From positions 564,475 through 628,474 of the forward strand of contig CAJINV010000019.1 in assembly GCA_905178155.1 (NCBI GenBank): a DNA stretch of 64,000 bases, given 5' to 3'. Positions 57,498-64,000 of this stretch are shown here, one piece after another; the stretch's first letter is position 1; the number at the start of each line of letters is the position of its first letter. The notes under the pieces are model-generated. The model had not been told where the DNA came from. It saw only the letters and a list, made by a program, of their open reading frames with translations, and did no database searches. The DNA is from Amoebophrya sp. A120. Lineage: Eukaryota; Protista; Dinoflagellata. Position numbers and translations under genes: made by a program.

Positions 57498-59442
57498 TGC
57501 CGTCCCGCTATATGTTGCTTGGATAAGTGGAAAGAGGAGAAGAAAAGAGAAGCAGCGACAATGGGGGGTGAAAGGAGGGGAATTATGGATTGTGTAGTTG
57601 GTTCTAGTCCGTGTTCCATCTGTTCCACCACATTGGCATCAACGACCATTGATAGCACGAGACAGCCGCAGGTGATGCAGGTGAAGAGTCTGAAGTCTTC
57701 AGACTCTTCACCTGCATCACCTGCATCACGCCACTCTTCAAGAGTGGCGGCGATGTGACCAAAATCGGCATGGAAAGTATTTTTAACCCCTTTGGCATGA
57801 AGAAAATTTTGCGGACGAAGAAGAGGGGCACTGCAGGTGGAACGAGCGCCGGGTGACGCCTTCCGGAGCCAGCGGCCGCCGGGCCGGAATCAATCGTGTG
57901 CTACCACGAAAAGGACCGCAACTTTGCCGACGCCCAAAGGGCCGACAACCCACGGAGTCCACGGTGGTCGCCCGAGTGCAGAAACACGAGGGAGGGGCTG
58001 ACGCCGGAAGACATTCAGGATGTGGCGGCGGACATGGCGTCGATCGATTATAGCGTTCCCGACAGGGTCGAGTTCGTCAGCAATACGCTGTGCTTCATCG
58101 AATTCCAATCAGCCAACGCAGCGAGGAAGTGCTTTGCAAAGGTATTGCCTGGCAGAGAGATGAACTCGTCATGCAGCTTTTGCAAATCGTAACCGGTCGT
58201 AGTCTTACAAGTTTGATTTCTTTTGGTGTTGGTGCGCATGACAAAATTGTTGTTGTTTGTAAAATGAGGTGGCATGAAAAAAAAAGACTCATTCTGTACT
58301 TGTATCAGGGCCAATCCAAGAAGTTGGAAGAGAACGGGCAGACGTTGGATTTCCGAGCGGGGTTTTTTCTTCGACTCCAGCGCGATTTATTTTCAGTGCG
58401 AGAACAAGGAATCGCAGTCCCTCATCACGGTGGACTCCAAGGGAAAGATCAAGGAGGATTGTGCTAAACTCCCCTTGAAGCATCTCCCAGCGACCTGGAA
58501 GCTCGAATGAATGTGGGTTGCTGATCAAGCCGAACCCGGTACAAAGTCCGCAGCCTGGGGTATCAACCTCGACGGTGGAGGGTGGCCAAGCTGGTGCACC
58601 ACCTGGTGGTCCGCCTCCTCCTCCGACGTCGTACGGCAACCCGCAGCTGCAACCAGATGGTTTGTTGCCAGCCAGTAAATGCGACACGAGCAGCTCCTCC
58701 CTCCGGAAGCACTATGCCAACCAACGCTGTTGATGACCCGAGCACTGCCCCGTCCCCTCTCAGCGCACCCGCCTCAAATATGCGCAACGCCACGGCCGCA
58801 GCGTCGATGCAACAGAACCAATTGATCAATACAGGGAATGGGGCCTGGAGGGAGTAGTTTTGGCGGGGCGGGTGGAGATACCAACGATACCAACAGATAC
58901 GAATTTTCCAATAACCCGGTCGAGCAGGAACAACAGCAACAGATGTTGTAGCGAAATCAATTTGTGCAACAACGGCAACAGAAACACATGCAATTTTAAT
59001 TGCCTGGGTGAGGATGCTGAAAAATTTGATGCTCAAAGATCCCTATTCCAGGAGCCCATAGGATATTCTATTTGCTGAACAGATTCAAGAGATATTTCCG
59101 AACAGAAATGGATGGGTAGAATATGCAGGAAAGAGCAAAAAAGCGTGTGATCACACGGAAAAAAGTGAAATATTTAAATTGGAAGAACCTCCTCTTGTTT
59201 TATCTATTCATTCGAAAACGATCCGCTACTACGAAATATGCCTCGATATCCTCATGTTTGACACCGAATATAGGATTCTCCTAAGGAAGATCTGGATTTT
59301 TTTTTTTGACCGTTGAAAAGATGCAATATCATAAAATGATCGATCAATCTCGATGGATTCATGATTCATCAATTTTCTCATTTTTCAATTAAATATCCAC
59401 AAAATTTTCCCCTGAAATATTTTGATTTCGATATATTTTTCG
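57498..59442 (+). pseudogene. Degraded direct genomic duplicate of 50063-52205
   Basis: Colinear high similarity including GT-AG introns and 3' flank; indels, frameshifts, a fold-back insertion, and no 51029-51302 element. Confidence 0.88.
57668..57724. repeat. Perfect palindrome, 28-bp arms with 1-nt loop
   Basis: GCAGGTGATGCAGGTGAAGAGTCTGAAG T CTTCAGACTCTTCACCTGCATCACCTGC. Confidence 0.92.
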
Positions 59443-61496
59443 AATATGGAGGATCTGTGGATTGTTATTTCTTTTTTTCTTTTCTTTCTGGATATGGTTT
59501 CGATTGAAATTATCAAGATAATCTGATATCCAGATATGAGAAGAAATAAAGAAAGATCGATAGATAATCTCGGATCAATTTGAAAGAATCAGATTCATAT
59601 GATATATATGATATTATATCTGGTCTTGGGAAAACCGAAAATAATATGATCATAAAAAGAAGAAATTGATTCCTCTGTTGAAATACACACAGTTGTGTCG
59701 ATGTTTCTATTGAGACAACTCTCGTGTTGTGAGCACAAGAAAACAACAGTCACACTCGCCGCACACAGGTCAACGAAGTGGAGAGGTATCTAGATTGTTG
59801 GCGGTGCAGCAGTGCCCTCCGTGAGTCAGGGCGCGAGAACAGTGGCCCTTGCGGGCCAACCGCTGGAGTAAACCACGCTCGCTGGTGCCACAGCTCGCGC
59901 GTGTGCAGAGGGGGCACGGCCATTGCTGCGCGCTTCTCCACCCCCCGGCGGGAAAAAGGGGAAGCCAAGAATGGCCACCAAGATGGGCACGCACGGCGGG
60001 CCGGCAAATAAAAGGGGGCGGGCGCGCTCTTGCAACGCACGCCCCAGAAGGGTCCCCGCGCGCCCCGGCCTCCGGGGGCGGCGCTGTTTCATCTGCGGCA
60101 TTTGGCGCCTCCTTCGGCGAGTGCTTCGGCCGATTCTTTGGCGCGGTCAATGTGTGGAAAATCAAGGGCGGAGTGACGTCGTCGCTCGCTTTTGGTCCGG
60201 ACACCAAGCGAAGAGAAGGAGCAGGCTTCTACTTGCCTGCAGTGTCTCCCTCTTTCTTGTTCGGCGACGCCAGCGCAGTTGTCATCGGCTGTCATCACCG
60301 ATGATCCATATGCAAACCACACCCGCCGCCGCAAACCACGCACCAACGCGATGCTGAGGCATCAGAAACGCGCCAAGAACCAACGCCAGACGAAGGAGCG
60401 CTGCATATCTTTCATCGCCGGGCAAGACATGCCCGGCATCGGTCCCCTGCCTCGTGGAGAACGTGAGCAGCATATGGCCTAAATAAAAGCCCACCGCCTG
60501 CTGTTTTGTTGAAATAAATGCAGGGCGATGTGGAGCAGGAGCGCCATCATCTGCTTGTTCGTCTGAGAAAGAATAGACACTGACTACAAGCTTCTTGACT
60601 CGCTCGTTCTCTCACAACTCTTCGCTCCTTTCTCCAGCTGAAAGAAATGCCAATTTCTCTAGGGCTTCATCGCTCAAGAGGATAGGTCTGACGCGACTGA
60701 AATTGAAAAATATTGTATTTGTGCCGTCTCTTCTTTTCGGACGCACTTCCACTTTCTCCGCCGACGGAGACCGATGTCTAGATCTAACACAACCTGCAAA
60801 CTCTAACACAACCCGTGATTTGTTTCTTTTACGTGGGCCGCCGACTTTGGGGCACTTTTAAGTACTTTGTGGTCAAAATTTTCTTCTTCCCGGTAAACTT
60901 TATTTTTTCAGGTTTTTGCAACAGAAGATCAAGGTGAAAAAGAATTGTTCTTTGTAGGCATAGCAAGTTCTATCTTGTCTTCGCTTCGTTCTTGTAAACG
61001 CGTATAATTAGGTAGGTAGAAACAGAATCAATGAACAGTTGAAAACGAGTTGTTGTGTAAAAATTTGACAGCGTCATTCTTCAAAACAAAACATTGTGGC
61101 AGTAAAAGTTCTCTTGAAACAAAAGGGTGAAAAAGAAATCATAAGCCTTCACGTGTGAAACCTGCAGAAGCTGATGTATCAAAACAAGTTCGGATAGTTG
61201 TAAGTTAATCGAGTATTAATTTCTTGCTTGGACATGGAAACCAGAATTTAGTGCGAAAAAGGCAAATCTCCCTCTGCAAACCTCCGCGATCTTTTGAACT
61301 CCACTGCGCCTCTTCGCGGAGATCAGAGGAGATTTATCTAGAGGTGCAGTAGAAGTTGCATAATTTTTACACCTCAACAACGCAAACTCTTACTATTTTC
61401 ACCAATCCTCGTGCCTGTTTCAGGCAGAACGACGGTGAAAAGAGTGAAAAGAGCATCCTACCTCCCGCTGCGCTATACTACAAAACTTCTCTGTAC

Positions 61497-61702
61497 TATG
61501 GAGAGAAAAAAGTTTGTCACAATCACTAATTTGCAGGTTATGCATTACAAATTTTCTCAGCATCACAAACTTTCCTTGTATTGCAGAAACACTAGGGAAA
61601 TCCCTAATGAGGTTTGGCTGTGATGCATTTTTACGCATGACAAACAATTTTGTATTGCAAGAATGCGCATGAGTGATCGTGACGAACTTTTTTTCTTTGA
61701 TA
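61497..61702. mobile_element. Introner family K (206 bp)
   Basis: TATGGAGAGAAAAAAGTTTGTCACAATCACT...AGTGATCGTGACGAACTTTTTTTCTTTGATA; direct repeat TGTAC. Confidence 0.85.
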
Positions 61703-62708
61703 TGTACATTGGTTTTCATCCTAACGGCTAACCCTTTTGCGTGGCAAAGTTTGAAGCTGACCTGTCCTCTTGCAAAAAGCGCGAAGTTTTCTGCTTCTGC
61801 TTTCTCCTTCAGCGCAGTTAATAGCGCAAGTATTTGTATTTGTAGCTTGAGGACGTCCGGCGGGTGCGGTAAACGACAAGGCTACAAGGTGCACACGACA
61901 AAAAAAAGTGTTGGATAAAGTTCTGTTGTGTTTTCCCCAGATTTGGTTTTCTTAATTTTTCATATTTTTCGACTGCAGAGCAGCAGCCCCTGCTGTTTGA
62001 ACAACCAGCAGCTGTGCAATCTTCCTGTTTCCGAACGAGTTGTACTGTAGGCGAATAAGAAGAAAAATCCATTAAAAAATTCCCAGCCGAGAGGTGCTGA
62101 GTTTTATATTCGGTCGCAAAAGTTTTTTACAGTTTCATAGACATCAGCACGCAAAATGCTATAATTGTCAGCGGCCCGCCAACGGTCCTGCCGCTCTGGA
62201 AACAAAAGAATTAGACATCAAGTTGATGGCGCAGCTTGGTCTAACAAGATGAGTTTTCATAGTGTAGTAATCTGAAAAGGTCCGAGAAAGAAACAGTGCT
62301 AAAAACTGCAAGCGGCGTGACCGTTCGTCGTGTGAGCTGAAGGGATAAGCTAATTCGTGTACGCAAAACACTTTAGCAGCAGAGAAAAAGTTTTTTCCTG
62401 GTCTGCTCTGGACGAAACGATGCTTTAGCAGCCAAAAACTTCCTTCCGGCCGCCGTAACAACTTCCGCAGAGCGTGGCGCGACTAGTATACTTACAACTA
62501 GGGCAGCGGCCATAATTTGTCGCGTTGTTGACTGCTCGCCATTGTTATTATTCAAAACTGCAAAACTTGCTTCGTTTCTTAATTTTTTTATACCTACTCC
62601 TACTTTACAGCGACTGCAACTCCATCAGCTCCTACACATTTATTCATACTTATTTTGTTCTCGAATTCGTCTTTTTGATTAGGATGTTCATGCTCGTCTT
62701 CCGGGGCC

Positions 62709-64000
62709 TAGTAGCCCCTAGCCGGGCCCCCGTAATCATACGGCAGGTCCTATCCCGAGCAAAAACATCTCCACCCCATAGTTAAGTTGGGAAATCTGCT
62801 AGACAAATCAACAAACTTTGGCTGTTCCGCATGACAAGTTTGGTGTCGTAGTGTAATCCTGTTTAGCTAGTTCAACAGCATAACACGTCTAGCCTCGTGT
62901 GCGGATTGCAGCATCACAAATTCCGAGACACGAAGAAAGCATGCTTGTCATGGGGCTCCGCATGAGAAACATTATAAAAATGCGAATTTGCATTACAACT
63001 ACGGGGTGGGGACGTTTTTACATAGGATAGGTCCAGGCCCGTCGGGTGATCGTAGGCCGTCGGATAGGGGTTCGGCGGAAAGAGACTCGGCTGCCCGAAG
63101 GGGGTCGTAGGGCCTGTGGGTGGCAGCGGGACACTCGCAGTCGGCGGCGGCGTGTTCGCGAGAGATGAAGCCTGTTTTGATTGGAAGTCGTGGTCATGTA
63201 TAGTGGAAAAATGATCATGATGCCCAAGACGTTGTTTGACGTTGTTTCTTACTTTCTACTCCCTGCCAACAAGAACTACTTCCAGAAGATCTAGGATCTT
63301 CAAAAACCTCTATCATAAAGAAACTGTACCTGCTGCTGCAGCAATGCCGCGATGTTGGGCGGGAGATAAGGATCCTGCGACAGGCTCTGGACTTGCTGTA
63401 ACATGAGCAGGTTCTGCAGCAACGGACCGGTGCTCGCGGCCGAAGTGTCTAGATTGTAGTTCAGCTCGGCTAGTAGCTGCGCCTGCGCGTGGTGGAGCTC
63501 CGGTGCTGTGGGGGTGATTTTTGTTTTCGTTGTCGAGAGTAGAGGGAGATTGAAGTCTTGAAAGATATATAAAAAAATGCAGTTTGTCATGCGCAACAGT
63601 TGTAACTTGAATTTTAATACGCGAGGATATGAAATTCAAATCGCAAACCACTATTAAACAATCAATCTATACAGTTCGTGCTGGCGTGACTGCTGTTGTC
63701 GGTCGGCACACTGTAGTAAGACTGGTCCGACCCGTACGCATTTCCGCCCTTGTACGACCCCGCCCCTCCGGCACTGCTACCCTTGATGCCCGCCAACGCA
63801 CCCAGGGGCGGAGGTGGTCCACCCGCGCCTCCACTTGCGAAGCTGTTCAGCGGATGGTAGTTTCCATTGGCGTTGCTGCCGCTCCCATGATGGTACCCGC
63901 TGACCGAGTACCCTGGGTTACTGTTCGCGTAGTAGGAAGATGCAGAGGAAGATCCCCCGGTAGCCGACTGCGCCGAGTAGTAGCTGGCCGCGGTCGGGGG
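62709..64000 (-). CDS. Partial (5'-truncated) low-complexity hypothetical protein
   Basis: Minus-strand open frames rich in S/G/Y (63720-64000) and Q/L (63330-63560); YPTAYDHPTGLD|LPYDYGG across the 62751 element; 3' end uncertain. Confidence 0.45.
62751..63029. mobile_element. Introner family C (279 bp)
   Basis: Family C TIRs; direct repeat GGTCC. Confidence 0.92.

Noticed and set aside
57498-59442. RIP-like or directional CpG deamination of the duplicate
   Set aside because: Several CG>TG/CA changes are visible, but reverse cases also occur; direction cannot be claimed without a counted alignment and an outgroup
62650-62750. Possible stop-codon readthrough or recoding (GY-TAG-APEDEHEH on the minus strand)
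   Set aside because: Single weak instance; other genes here end at TAG, TAA and TGA with no in-frame stops in conserved domains, so the standard code fits
2234-63029. CRISPR array or bacterial REP/IS interpretation of the repeats
   Set aside because: Repeats are dispersed inverted pairs with variable 5-bp duplications inside eukaryotic spliced genes; there is no repeat-spacer array, cas gene or transposase
1-64000. Autonomous transposase, rRNA, tRNA or dinoflagellate spliced-leader relic
   Set aside because: None recognised by eye; absence was not confirmed by a search

Overview
Eukaryotic (alveolate) genomic DNA, most consistent with the parasitic marine dinoflagellate Amoebophrya (inferred from intron architecture, not from a marker gene). 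About 11 protein-coding genes lie head-to-tail on the + strand from 0.3 to 55 kb: DUS3-like tRNA-dihydrouridine synthase, a LigB/DODA-type dioxygenase, an ankyrin-containing protein, a secreted coiled-coil protein, a ~13 kb gene with an N/G/M-rich low-complexity tail, a possibly macrodomain-like protein, SEC22, an Mn-CDF/MTP transporter, an RRM-Zn finger-TatD fusion, a membrane-anchored protein with a candidate ADP-ribosyltransferase domain, and hypotheticals. A partial minus-strand gene lies at the right edge. The dominant feature is about 46 non-autonomous, MITE-like introner elements (145-637 bp, roughly 10 sequence families). Nearly all follow one rule: a 5-bp direct repeat, then TAT...terminal inverted repeat...ATA, then the same 5-bp repeat. 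Most sit inside coding sequence, in both orientations, and usually cannot give GT-AG ends. Removing the element plus one repeat copy rebuilds conserved protein motifs. A degraded genomic duplicate at 57.5-59.4 kb carries the empty site for one element (a single CGAAC), direct in-window evidence that the repeat is a target-site duplication. Coordinates were counted by hand and exon structures are unverified by RNA data.
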